64,000 nucleotides of DNA, from IMG/VR virus record IMGVR_UViG_3300032284_002843, positions 1-64,000 of that record, one strand, 5' to 3'. The translations under genes were made by a program, and so were the position numbers. The notes under the pieces are model-generated. The model had not been told where the DNA came from. It made no database searches and saw only the letters and a list, made by a program, of their open reading frames with translations. This DNA is from a virus. This document shows positions 46,314 through 55,329 of the stretch, in pieces (positions within the stretch are counted from its first letter, which is position 1; each line of letters starts with the position of its first letter).

Positions 46314-47666
46314 GTGAAAACTCCTGCCGATGTTGTTTTGGCGCTCGAAGCCAATTCTAGCCGCAACAAAAAAGAAGAAATTCTTGCCGAGGCTTGGCAA
46401 AAAGGCATTTTTGAATTTTTTGAAGGTGCACAGATGGCCTATGATGCTCTTCGCACCTTTGGTGTCAAAAAGGTTCCGCTGATTGAAAGCGATGACGATC
46501 CTAATTTTGAATCAACGTTTAATTGGAGTCGGTTTAACAAAATTACAGCCGATCTTGAAACTAGAAAACTCACCGGCAATATGGCAAGAGATACCCTGCG
46601 TAGTGCTGCAGATGTTGCTGACATTAAAGAATGGAATGAGTTTTATCGGCGTGTTCTGCTAAAGGACCTCAAGTGTGGTATTACAGAATCTACTATCAAT
46701 AAAGTACTTAAGGCTGTAAAAGATCCTGCAGCGGAAAAATATATCATTCCTGTATTCAGCTGTCAATTGGCTAAGAACGGCGAAGATCATCCTAAGAAGC
46801 TCAAAGGCGCAAAGTTGCTCGATCCCAAGCTGGACGGTGTGCGTATTATAACTATTCTGGATAAAAACAAGAATACGGTGACGCAGTATAGCCGAGATGG
46901 TCGTCTCAATGAAAACTTTCCGCAGATTAGTGCGGCACTAGCCAATCTTTTGCCACATATCACTGAAAGTATTGTACTGGACGGTGAAATGGTTAGCCGC
47001 AGTTTTCAAGCTCTTATGAAGCAGCTAAATCGCAAGGAAGACGTGGATACTAGCGACGCCAAGCTTGCGCTGTTTGACTGCCTGCCTCTTAAAGATTTTC
47101 TTGCCGGTGAATGCATGATGACACAAACAGCTCGGCATGAAGCTCTGGTACAGTTTCAGCCGCATTTTGATACAATTGCAGCTGGCAAGATCTACGTAAT
47201 TCCTAAACTTGCTGTTGATCTAGATAGCGAGGAAGGACAAACAACCTTTAAGGAATTTAATCGTGAAACTGTAGATGCTGGTTATGAAGGCATTATGGTC
47301 AAGGATCCCGATGCTACATACCGTACCAAACGCACCGATGCGTGGCTAAAGATTAAACCGTTTATTACAATTGATCTTGAAGTGGTTGCAGTGGAACCTG
47401 GAACACCTGGTACCAAATATCAGGCAACCACCGGAGCTCTATTGTGCCGTGGTGTTGATCAGGGGCGCAGCATTGAAGTGTCGGTTGGCAGTGGATTTAG
47501 CGAAGAACTGCGTGATCAAATTTGGGCTAATAAGGACAGTGTCATTAATAGAATTGTTGAAATTAAAGGTGATGTGCTAACCAAAAGTCAGGACAGTGAC
47601 GTATGGAGCCTACGTTTTCCAACATTTTTGCAATTCCGAGGCTGGAACCCTGGTGAAAAGATCTAG
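46314..47666 (+). CDS. lig: ATP-dependent DNA ligase
   Basis: KLDGVR, LDGE, EGIMVK, WLKIKP, VGSGFS, SLRFP. Confidence 0.95.
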   Translation: MKTPADVVLALEANSSRNKKEEILAEAWQKGIFEFFEGAQMAYDALRTFGVKKVPLIESDDDPNFESTFNWSRFNKITADLETRKLTGNMARDTLRSAADVADIKEWNEFYRRVLLKDLKCGITESTINKVLKAVKDPAAEKYIIPVFSCQLAKNGEDHPKKLKGAKLLDPKLDGVRIITILDKNKNTVTQYSRDGRLNENFPQISAALANLLPHITESIVLDGEMVSRSFQALMKQLNRKEDVDTSDAKLALFDCLPLKDFLAGECMMTQTARHEALVQFQPHFDTIAAGKIYVIPKLAVDLDSEEGQTTFKEFNRETVDAGYEGIMVKDPDATYRTKRTDAWLKIKPFITIDLEVVAVEPGTPGTKYQATTGALLCRGVDQGRSIEVSVGSGFSEELRDQIWANKDSVINRIVEIKGDVLTKSQDSDVWSLRFPTFLQFRGWNPGEKI

Positions 47667-47699
47667 CATTTCTGTCTTGCATGTACGTAATGTTAATAC

Positions 47700-47939
47700 A
47701 TGCAAATAAAGAAAAAAGGCAATAATTGCTGGCTATGCTATCCAAATTCAACTCCAGAGTTTACTGAATTATCTGACCTCTGCCGTAAACGTCTGGGTAG
47801 AAGTCATTGGAGTGTATTTGTTAAAACATGGTGTATACGAAAACTAACGCCAGACGAATACAACATTAGTTCATATCCAAGAGTTATTGAAATTAGAAAT
47901 AAAGACCTAGCAGTTTTAGTGATTTTGAAATGGGGATAA
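47700..47939 (+). CDS. Hypothetical protein
   Basis: 79 aa, abuts uvsE; C-terminal D...LKWG pattern shared with other small ORFs. Confidence 0.55.
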   Translation: MQIKKKGNNCWLCYPNSTPEFTELSDLCRKRLGRSHWSVFVKTWCIRKLTPDEYNISSYPRVIEIRNKDLAVLVILKWG

Positions 47940-48977
47940 ATGACAATTAAGAAGCGTATCGGGTTCTGCTGCAAATGGATGCTGACTACAGACCCTAAAC
48001 CAGACAAGAATACTAGGGAACTTGAACGTAAGTTCAACACCAGTAGCACCACTGTAGCTTGGTTGAATAGACAACTCAAGCCGGTTGCCGAGGATAAGCT
48101 TTGGTCGGTTGCTAAACATAACTTGCAGAGTGTACAAAACGTTTTGCACGAAGTAGCCAAGCTACCTCAAGAGTTACACATGATGCGTATATCCAGTGAC
48201 TTGCTTCCTGTTTATACGGAACCCACATGGAGTTACTTTTGGCAGCAACAGGATGTCAAGGACTATTGTGCTGCTGAGTTTTCTAAAATTGGCGAGCTGG
48301 CTAGACAATATGATATACGCCTTAGCTTTCATCCTGGCCCATTTTGCGTACTGGCAAGCGACAACCCAGATGTTGTGACACGCAGTATTGAAGAATTTGA
48401 ATACCATGTCGATATGGCACGTTGGATGGGCTATGGTTCAAACTGGCATGATCATGGATTTAAAATCAATGTTCATATTGCTGGCAAGCAAGGTCCTACT
48501 GGCATCGTAAATGTGCTACCAAAACTAAGCACCGAAGCTAGAAATCTTATTACCATTGAGAATGATGAGATGTCTTGGGGAATTGATGCAAGCATCGACT
48601 TGAAAGATTCAGTTGCATTGGTACTGGACATTCATCATCATCTTATTCATTCAAATGGCCTGTATCTAAGTCCAAAAGATGATAGGTGGAAGAAAATTAT
48701 AGACAGTTGGCGAGGCACTAGACCTGTTATTCATTATAGTCTAAGCCGAGAAGAAGTGTTGGCCGGGCACGATACCAATGTAAAGCCAGATGTAAATAAA
48801 ATTCTTACAGAAGGCATTAGCAATAAGAGCAAATTGCGAGCGCATAGCGATGCTGCATGGAATCGTGCTAGCAATCTATGGGCATTAGAGTTTTGGCCGG
48901 ATGCTGACATCCAATTTGAGGCTAAATTCAAAAATATTGCCAGTATGCAGCTTTATGAGGATTCTAAGACCATTTAA
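47940..48977 (+). CDS. uvsE: UV damage endonuclease
   Basis: RIGFCC, MRISSDLLP, RLSFHPG, IENDE, LDIHHH, RAHSD, EAK.K. Confidence 0.93.
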   Translation: MTIKKRIGFCCKWMLTTDPKPDKNTRELERKFNTSSTTVAWLNRQLKPVAEDKLWSVAKHNLQSVQNVLHEVAKLPQELHMMRISSDLLPVYTEPTWSYFWQQQDVKDYCAAEFSKIGELARQYDIRLSFHPGPFCVLASDNPDVVTRSIEEFEYHVDMARWMGYGSNWHDHGFKINVHIAGKQGPTGIVNVLPKLSTEARNLITIENDEMSWGIDASIDLKDSVALVLDIHHHLIHSNGLYLSPKDDRWKKIIDSWRGTRPVIHYSLSREEVLAGHDTNVKPDVNKILTEGISNKSKLRAHSDAAWNRASNLWALEFWPDADIQFEAKFKNIASMQLYEDSKTI

Positions 48978-49009
48978 TCACTAAATAGTATAAAATACTT
49001 GGTGAACAA

Positions 49010-49630
49010 ATGAATCTCAAAAGCATTGAAACTGAAGCTAATTTAGTAAATGAACCAACTGCAAGCGACCTAGACGCTGCTAGCAGGCTTGGCCCTACTA
49101 TCAACAAGCATTTGACCAGTCTAGAAGCACTATGCAAGCTTATTCCAGACTGCTCGGATGCATTAGGTAAAATAAAAGAATTAAGAAAATCATTTGCAGA
49201 TAAAATTAGCCTACAGCCTAATGTATTGGAAGCTCCTCTAACACTAGAGCAACAGGTAAAACATCACAGTCAACGAAGTGTTGGACACTTAGAAACAAAA
49301 TTAAAGGACATGGCTAAAAGTTCTGAGAATTTAGGTTACGATGCCATAGACAAAGTCATGAAAGACATATCTAACCAAGATGGCATTACTCCAGACGACC
49401 TGCACAAGTTGTTTGTATCTAGCCATGGCGGGATGACACCGGATGATTTTGCAAAAGCCGTTAGAGATAAAAGCATTAATGAAGAGATTGCTGTTTGTTA
49501 CTCAGACTGGAACGAAACTCTCGGTGAAGCAGTATGGGTAGCCATTACCAAGCACCTGTTACGACAGGGATACAATAAAGCACTGGTAGAAGATCGCATT
49601 AATCGCAGCATAATCACTATTGGTTTATAA
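49010..49630 (+). CDS. Hypothetical late protein
   Basis: TAAATA at ~48982; 206 aa. Confidence 0.6.
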   Translation: MNLKSIETEANLVNEPTASDLDAASRLGPTINKHLTSLEALCKLIPDCSDALGKIKELRKSFADKISLQPNVLEAPLTLEQQVKHHSQRSVGHLETKLKDMAKSSENLGYDAIDKVMKDISNQDGITPDDLHKLFVSSHGGMTPDDFAKAVRDKSINEEIAVCYSDWNETLGEAVWVAITKHLLRQGYNKALVEDRINRSIITIGL

Positions 49631-50314
49631 AAGAATCTTATCAAACAAATCCATAGGATGAATTTTGTTAGCATGGGAATTTGGAACCCAACTGTCATTG
49701 GATTTTGAAAACCATGTGACATAGCTTAGTACCAAATGTATGCGAGATACAGTTGGTAATCCAATTTTATAGATTCTATGCAAAATACTTTGATCAAATG
49801 CATAGACTTGCCCAACAGCAAGATTTATAGGTTTGTAATTGTCTAATTGAAACTGATATTCTGTACTGGTTTGTAACGGTACAATTACACGCAAAACCTC
49901 ATGCGGACGTTCATCTCTGTGCCATAAAAAATTTTCGTTAGCATTTCCACCGGCTACGTGTCCGTCAATTTCTGTAATCTTACATCTAACAAGCGGAAAA
50001 AATTCCAATGGATTTAACAAATCTGAATATAAAGGAGTATCAAACCTCAGCGTGTCCTGATACCATGGATTTTTATATCCTCCGCCACATACCTGCGAAG
50101 ATTTTGGTTGAATATCACATAGATCGCTGTAATGTAATCCAGTACCTTGATACCAAGGTTGGTTATGCCATGTATGTTTCTCTGCATTGCGATAAAAGGT
50201 GAGAAATTTGTCTATTATATCTTTATTTTGTAATGGCTTAGAGATAATAGGGGAGCTGTTACGTTGCATGCAACGTAACTTGTAATCTTTCTTCAATTGT
50301 TTGAAAATTGTCAC
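49625..50314 (-). CDS. 2OG-Fe(II) oxygenase (Asp/Pro hydroxylase-like); start uncertain
   Basis: WHRD (HxD), R..VPL.T, H R, RIHLV motifs. Confidence 0.7.
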   Translation of the reverse strand: MTIFKQLKKDYKLRCMQRNSSPIISKPLQNKDIIDKFLTFYRNAEKHTWHNQPWYQGTGLHYSDLCDIQPKSSQVCGGGYKNPWYQDTLRFDTPLYSDLLNPLEFFPLVRCKITEIDGHVAGGNANENFLWHRDERPHEVLRVIVPLQTSTEYQFQLDNYKPINLAVGQVYAFDQSILHRIYKIGLPTVSRIHLVLSYVTWFSKSNDSWVPNSHANKIHPMDLFDKILL

Positions 50315-50318
50315 TGGA

Positions 50319-50867
50319 TTACCAGTATTTGCCTTTGGCCTTACTGCTCGGAGCACGACAGCTCCAATATCTTGCAGTTTTTGGATCTTTGGCAGTTTTG
50401 CAGTGATGTCTTGCTGCAAAGCTCTTTCTGCGAGCAGCACTGCCTTTTCTAACTCTTAAATTACTTCCAGGTCCTTTGTGTGGACTACCAAATTCAACTT
50501 TTTTAGCCTTTACTCGACCTTGTGCATCTTTTTTACCGCTGTTAACATAGACTTTATGACGTTTGGTATCACCGCGCATTACTTTACGTAAAGGTACTGT
50601 TTTTCCTTGATATACAGCTTCTTCAATTACGTCGCTGTCTTCAATCCAACCGTATCTTAAAAAGAAATGATCTTCGTTATCATAACTTTCTTCTAAAATT
50701 TGTGAATAGTTTTCGTCTTTATAAAACCCTTCTTGCCATCCCATTATCCAATGGCTTTCAGCAAGACTATCTGGGCGATAAGGACAGTTATCTAATTCTT
50801 GTCCTTCAAAAAAGGCATTTAAACCTTCTAGCTGAATTTGTTTAAAATCGATATCTGTAAGTTTCAT
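50319..50867 (-). CDS. Protein with N-terminal ribosome modulation factor-like motif and basic C-terminal domain
   Basis: EG..AF..G....CPY.......W..GW.EG; RRKSFAARH.C...YWSC. Confidence 0.6.
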   Translation of the reverse strand: MKLTDIDFKQIQLEGLNAFFEGQELDNCPYRPDSLAESHWIMGWQEGFYKDENYSQILEESYDNEDHFFLRYGWIEDSDVIEEAVYQGKTVPLRKVMRGDTKRHKVYVNSGKKDAQGRVKAKKVEFGSPHKGPGSNLRVRKGSAARRKSFAARHHCKTAKDPKTARYWSCRAPSSKAKGKYW

Positions 50868-50918
50868 ACTGTTATTTATACTTACTGTTACTAAATAACA
50901 TAGCGAAAAGACATTAAC

Positions 50919-51263
50919 ATGCGTGCAAAAGAACTATTTGAAAGCGAACAAGCTGATTTGCCATGGGGAGCAAGAGAAACACTTCCTCCCAGCATGGTAG
51001 TTCCGGATATGGGCCCATATTATGAATTCTATAGATTTGTGATAAGCTTGGCAGGATATCCAGAAAAAGAAGATATTCCCAGTAGCAGCGTCGTACGAGA
51101 CGTTCCGTTAATAGTTCCTTACAGCCCACAAGAGCACGACAGCGTTATGAAAATCTTGAAAAAAATGAAAAAGCATCCAGTTCATCTAACTAAAAAACCA
51201 AGTATTGAGCCGGACTTTGTTCACAAGGAAAGTCCAGTTAGAAAATTTGAGGATTTGGACTAG
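50919..51263 (+). CDS. Hypothetical late protein (tandem paralog 1)
   Basis: LPP...PD...Y..YR....LA...S.EP..V...SPV..F.DLD shared with next gene. Confidence 0.7.
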   Translation: MRAKELFESEQADLPWGARETLPPSMVVPDMGPYYEFYRFVISLAGYPEKEDIPSSSVVRDVPLIVPYSPQEHDSVMKILKKMKKHPVHLTKKPSIEPDFVHKESPVRKFEDLD

Positions 51264-51631
51264 TGAGACTACGAGATTTATACGAAGGACTGCACGCTGC
51301 CCCGCTTAGGTCAGACCTCACTGATACACTGCCTCCAACTTATGTGATACCAGATTTACAAAACAACGATAGCTATGTACAATATAGGTATCTAGTAGCG
51401 TTGGCTGCTGCAGAGGCTATAGAAAAGGGCGAAGTTGGAATGGCGCAGGAAAGCACATGGAATGAAATGACCAGCGTTGTTTGCTATACTCCAGCAGAAG
51501 AAATCATAGTTAAAGATGCTAACAAGCATATGGGGGTGTTTGGCAAAAAAATAAGCAAGACGCCAAGCAAAGAACCAACCTGGGTGAATACTTCTAGTCC
51601 TGTAGCAACATTTAAGGATTTGGACAAATGA
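51263..51631 (+). CDS. Hypothetical late protein (tandem paralog 2)
   Basis: Paralog of 50919-51263; GTG start overlapping stop. Confidence 0.7.
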   Translation: MRLRDLYEGLHAAPLRSDLTDTLPPTYVIPDLQNNDSYVQYRYLVALAAAEAIEKGEVGMAQESTWNEMTSVVCYTPAEEIIVKDANKHMGVFGKKISKTPSKEPTWVNTSSPVATFKDLDK

Positions 51632-52089
51632 AATTGTTTGAAATAGAACAAGACATAGATCATCCACATGGCACCATTGCTATGCTAAAGCTTAGAGAAT
51701 CAGATCAACAGAAACTGTACGACTGGTGTGAAGAAAATAATATACCGTGTATAGATAAAGATAAGCTACATTGCACTGTGTTATTCAGTTCCACGCCGTG
51801 TGCCCATCTAACCAAACATCATAAAAAAAGCCTATATGTTCCATGCACGGTAAGAGGATGGAAGAAATTAGGCGATGCATTAACTCTGCATTTAGATGCG
51901 CCCCGCGCAGATAGAATCCACAGATACATGAGAAGTCAAGGCGGTAGCCATGACTATCCTGATTTTATTCCACATACAACTGTTAGCTACAAATGGAAAA
52001 AGGATGAACTACCCGAGGTTCATCCTAATTTTCCATTGACCTTTGACCTTTTAGAAGTAACGGCCATTGATCCTGATTTTGGTGCTTAG
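51628..52089 (+). CDS. 2H phosphoesterase, Acb1 (T4 57B)-like anti-CBASS candidate
   Basis: Two HxT motifs: LHCTVLFS and HDYPDFIPHTT. Confidence 0.8.
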   Translation: MKLFEIEQDIDHPHGTIAMLKLRESDQQKLYDWCEENNIPCIDKDKLHCTVLFSSTPCAHLTKHHKKSLYVPCTVRGWKKLGDALTLHLDAPRADRIHRYMRSQGGSHDYPDFIPHTTVSYKWKKDELPEVHPNFPLTFDLLEVTAIDPDFGA

Positions 52090-52455
52090 TTAGCCAGCGT
52101 GCCTAGTAACATAGTTTAGGCGTATATCAGTAGATCCAAAAAATTCAGTTACAGTAGCCATAACTACATCATTACTAAATGGTTTGCAGCTGAAAACATC
52201 AAGATAAGCAGTATTATCCTTATCTACAAAATGAGCACAAATATTTGAGGTTTCTATAAGCTGAACCATGCTAAATCCAGCTTTTTCTGGATCGTGAGTA
52301 GCAAAATGTTCAATTGTAGGTTCTCCATATGCCTTCATATCGATTCTTTTTACTAACTCTTTAGTAAAATTGTATATATTTTCACGACTACCTATCTTAT
52401 CATGATCGCAACCAGCGCAATCTAACATTAAATGATATCCCCAATATTTGCTCAT
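52090..52455 (-). CDS. speD: S-adenosylmethionine decarboxylase proenzyme
   Basis: G.HL.LD..GC, LIETSNI.AH pyruvoyl site, DVFSCK.F. Confidence 0.85.
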   Translation of the reverse strand: MSKYWGYHLMLDCAGCDHDKIGSRENIYNFTKELVKRIDMKAYGEPTIEHFATHDPEKAGFSMVQLIETSNICAHFVDKDNTAYLDVFSCKPFSNDVVMATVTEFFGSTDIRLNYVTRHAG

Positions 52456-52568
52456 CCCATATGTCCTCCTATGTTCAATGGTAGATTCTATTTATAGATG
52501 TTAGGTTAAAAAACATGCAATATATCATAAATATTTTACCAGAAACTTTATTTTTGATGGACTAGACA

Positions 52569-53468
52569 ATGAAACTTCTTGATGTTCTCGACAGTGACCC
52601 TATACAAGTTAGTATGACTCAACCAACTATGGAAAATTTTGAAATAGACGAAAAAACCAAGACCCCAGATAGGTCAGGACATTATTGGTCTAGCAGCGGC
52701 GCTTTGCGTCACTATATTGAACGTAATTATGGCGGTGATGTTACCTGTCAAAAAGCACAAAAGGTTAAAGGCGATGCTCACGCAAGGAAAAAAGTAAGAA
52801 ACGCTGCAAGCTTTTATCAAAATCTACACTGTGTAGGTACAAAACAAGTTAAAGAAGAAGATAATAATCAAGGCGCTGCTTTGACAATTTTTGACATAGA
52901 TGATACTCTATTCAAAACTGATGCTAAGGTGCATGTTACAAACAAAGCTGGAGAACGCAAAGCATTATCTAATAAAGAATTTAACAACTATAAACTTGCC
53001 GATGACGAAGAATTTGATTTTGGCGAATTTAAAGATGCTGAAAAATTTAATAAAACCAGTACACCCATTCAAAATATTTGGCGCACAGCTCAGAACACAT
53101 TAGAAAACATAGGCAAAAGACCAGGCAGTCGTGTGGTGATTGTTACTGCAAGAGGTGATCTAGATAACAAAGATCTATTTCTTGATACTTTTAGACAACA
53201 TGGGTTAGACATGAATAAAGTACATGTTTATAGAGCTGGTAATATCAAAAACGGTAATAGTGCTGACAAGAAGAAAATTGTAATTAGAAATTTACTTGAG
53301 AATGGTAATTTTACCGAAGTACGCTTGTTTGATGATCATGAAGAAAATCTAGCAGAGTTTCTAAAGCTTAGCCAAGAATTTCCGGGCGTGATCTTTAAGG
53401 CTTTTCCTGTTAGTCACGCAGGAAAAATTGCACAGCCAATAGTTACCGTTGGAAATATTGAATCATAA
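52569..53468 (+). CDS. HAD-superfamily phosphatase with N-terminal extension
   Basis: IFDIDDTL, VTAR, K, FDD..NL. Confidence 0.8.
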   Translation: MKLLDVLDSDPIQVSMTQPTMENFEIDEKTKTPDRSGHYWSSSGALRHYIERNYGGDVTCQKAQKVKGDAHARKKVRNAASFYQNLHCVGTKQVKEEDNNQGAALTIFDIDDTLFKTDAKVHVTNKAGERKALSNKEFNNYKLADDEEFDFGEFKDAEKFNKTSTPIQNIWRTAQNTLENIGKRPGSRVVIVTARGDLDNKDLFLDTFRQHGLDMNKVHVYRAGNIKNGNSADKKKIVIRNLLENGNFTEVRLFDDHEENLAEFLKLSQEFPGVIFKAFPVSHAGKIAQPIVTVGNIES

Positions 53469-53492
53469 TTCAATTGCTGTTAACATTTAAAT

Positions 53493-53981
53493 ATGATGTT
53501 AATAGCACACCGCGGACTATTATATGGTCCTTCTCAATATCTTGAAAATACCCCTGAACAAATTGAAAAAGCATTGCATTTAGCTTTTCATGTAGAAGTT
53601 GATATTTGGTATCACAAAAAAGGCCAATCAAATGAGAACCTATGGTACTTAGGGCACGACGGACCAGACACGCAAGTTGATATAAAATGGCTAAGAAGCT
53701 TACCATTAGATCGTGTATGGTTTCATGCTAAAAGCATTCCAACATTATGCAAGTTAAGTCAAGAAACTTGGCCAGTACATTATTTTGCACATGAAAATGA
53801 TCCAGTAGTCATTACCAATAGTGGATATTTGTGGACATATCCGGGCAAACAATTAACTGAGCAAAGTATAATGGTTTTACCAGAAATAGAAGGCATGAGC
53901 CATATTGAGATGTACGCACGCACAGTGCAAGGCATTTGCAGTGATTATGTAGTTGATATCTATAACAAATTAAAAAGATAA
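53493..53981 (+). CDS. Glycerophosphodiester phosphodiesterase-like protein
   Basis: IAHRG, EN, VE.D, LGHD, H.K, GICSD. Confidence 0.75.
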   Translation: MMLIAHRGLLYGPSQYLENTPEQIEKALHLAFHVEVDIWYHKKGQSNENLWYLGHDGPDTQVDIKWLRSLPLDRVWFHAKSIPTLCKLSQETWPVHYFAHENDPVVITNSGYLWTYPGKQLTEQSIMVLPEIEGMSHIEMYARTVQGICSDYVVDIYNKLKR

Positions 53982-54003
53982 ATATTGCAGGTAAGCTTGC
54001 AAT

Positions 54004-54978
54004 ATGACAAAAATTTGGGCAATAGGTCAACAATATAATTGGTTGGTATCGAATACTGCTGTAGCCAGCAGTATTGATGGACAAATATGGCAATCTATTG
54101 AATCTCCGTTTGATATATCCGATCGAGGAACATGCATCACTGCCAATAACAATAATGACTTGGTAGCTGCGAGTGCTGCTGGTAATATATCATTTTCATC
54201 TGACAAGCAAACATGGCAAAAAGGTACCATAGGAGTAGAAAATTTCTATGTTGCCGGAACTGTGTGTACTGATAAAATGATAGCTGTTGGTCGCCGCTAT
54301 TACACAGTTGAACAAGATAATTACCCAGTTGGATCAGAAATAGCTCAAATTTTCAACAGCCTTACAGGCGAGCCCGACACCTGGGCAATGATTTTCAGCA
54401 GCCCATACAATCCAAGTGGTCTAAACAACATAAAGTTTTTTCCAAATGCACAAATTGACACAAATACCTTATCAGACGTTGTAGTGATTGTAGGCGATAA
54501 ATTTGGCACTCCGTTCCTTTGTTATAGCACAGACTTAGGTTTAACATTTACTGAGATTTTTATTCCTGCTACATTCAATTATCCATTTTGGGATGTTGAG
54601 TATGACGAGTCTAATCATCTTTGGTATTTTGCCACAAATGGTAAAATTGCTGTTGCTAATAGTCTGCTAAATCCCCAATGGACCAATTCATCAACACTAG
54701 ATTATAATAGTCCTACCATTAAGCTAAAATTAAACCCAACGGGTCAAATGTGTGCCATTACCAAAGATTCCATTTGGTACAGTGCGAATTTAGAATCATG
54801 GCAACAATTTTCTGCAGCTGGTTATCAATGGCGCAGCATAGAATGGTTTGATAATAAATGGATAGCAGGAGCAGAAAGCACGCTTACTCAATATACATTT
54901 TTTACATCCGTTGATGGCATAAATTGGATTCCAGACAATAATGGAATTCAAATGATGAATTTTACCAAAACAAGTTAA
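54004..54978 (+). CDS. Beta-propeller (BNR-like) late protein
   Basis: Repeated S.DG..W motifs. Confidence 0.65.
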   Translation: MTKIWAIGQQYNWLVSNTAVASSIDGQIWQSIESPFDISDRGTCITANNNNDLVAASAAGNISFSSDKQTWQKGTIGVENFYVAGTVCTDKMIAVGRRYYTVEQDNYPVGSEIAQIFNSLTGEPDTWAMIFSSPYNPSGLNNIKFFPNAQIDTNTLSDVVVIVGDKFGTPFLCYSTDLGLTFTEIFIPATFNYPFWDVEYDESNHLWYFATNGKIAVANSLLNPQWTNSSTLDYNSPTIKLKLNPTGQMCAITKDSIWYSANLESWQQFSAAGYQWRSIEWFDNKWIAGAESTLTQYTFFTSVDGINWIPDNNGIQMMNFTKTS

Positions 54979-55041
54979 TTTGATTTTTTGACAAGCCAAA
55001 TACTCATAGGCATGCTTGAATTATCAGTAAGGAGATAATAC

Positions 55042-55314
55042 ATGAGCATAGGATCATTGAGTACTGCAGATAAAGCAAAACTACAACATCTAATCAACGA
55101 CGGCGTACAAGCACTTAGCGACATTGCTAATATGAAAGAAGGCTTAAAGGAAACAGTCGATGCTATAGCAGAAGAACTGGAAATTAAAAAGCCAGTACTG
55201 AACAAGGCAATTAGAATTGCTTACAAGAGAAGTCAAAACAAAGACGAGCTCAGCGCTAATAGAGAAGAGCTAGACGAAGTTGAAGAGATTCTTGCAGCAG
55301 CTGGCAAGCCATAA
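55042..55314 (+). CDS. dsDNA-binding protein (T4 DsbA/GapR-like)
   Basis: 90 aa helical; LKE....AEELEI...LNKAIR.AYK; TTGACA promoter and AAGGAG RBS. Confidence 0.6.
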   Translation: MSIGSLSTADKAKLQHLINDGVQALSDIANMKEGLKETVDAIAEELEIKKPVLNKAIRIAYKRSQNKDELSANREELDEVEEILAAAGKP

Positions 55315-55329
55315 AAAGGCGTTATAAAA

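Noticed and set aside
50315-50440. Extended N-terminus of the 2OG-Fe oxygenase ORF
   Set aside because: Overlaps the upstream gene on the same strand; a start at or after 50314 is more plausible.
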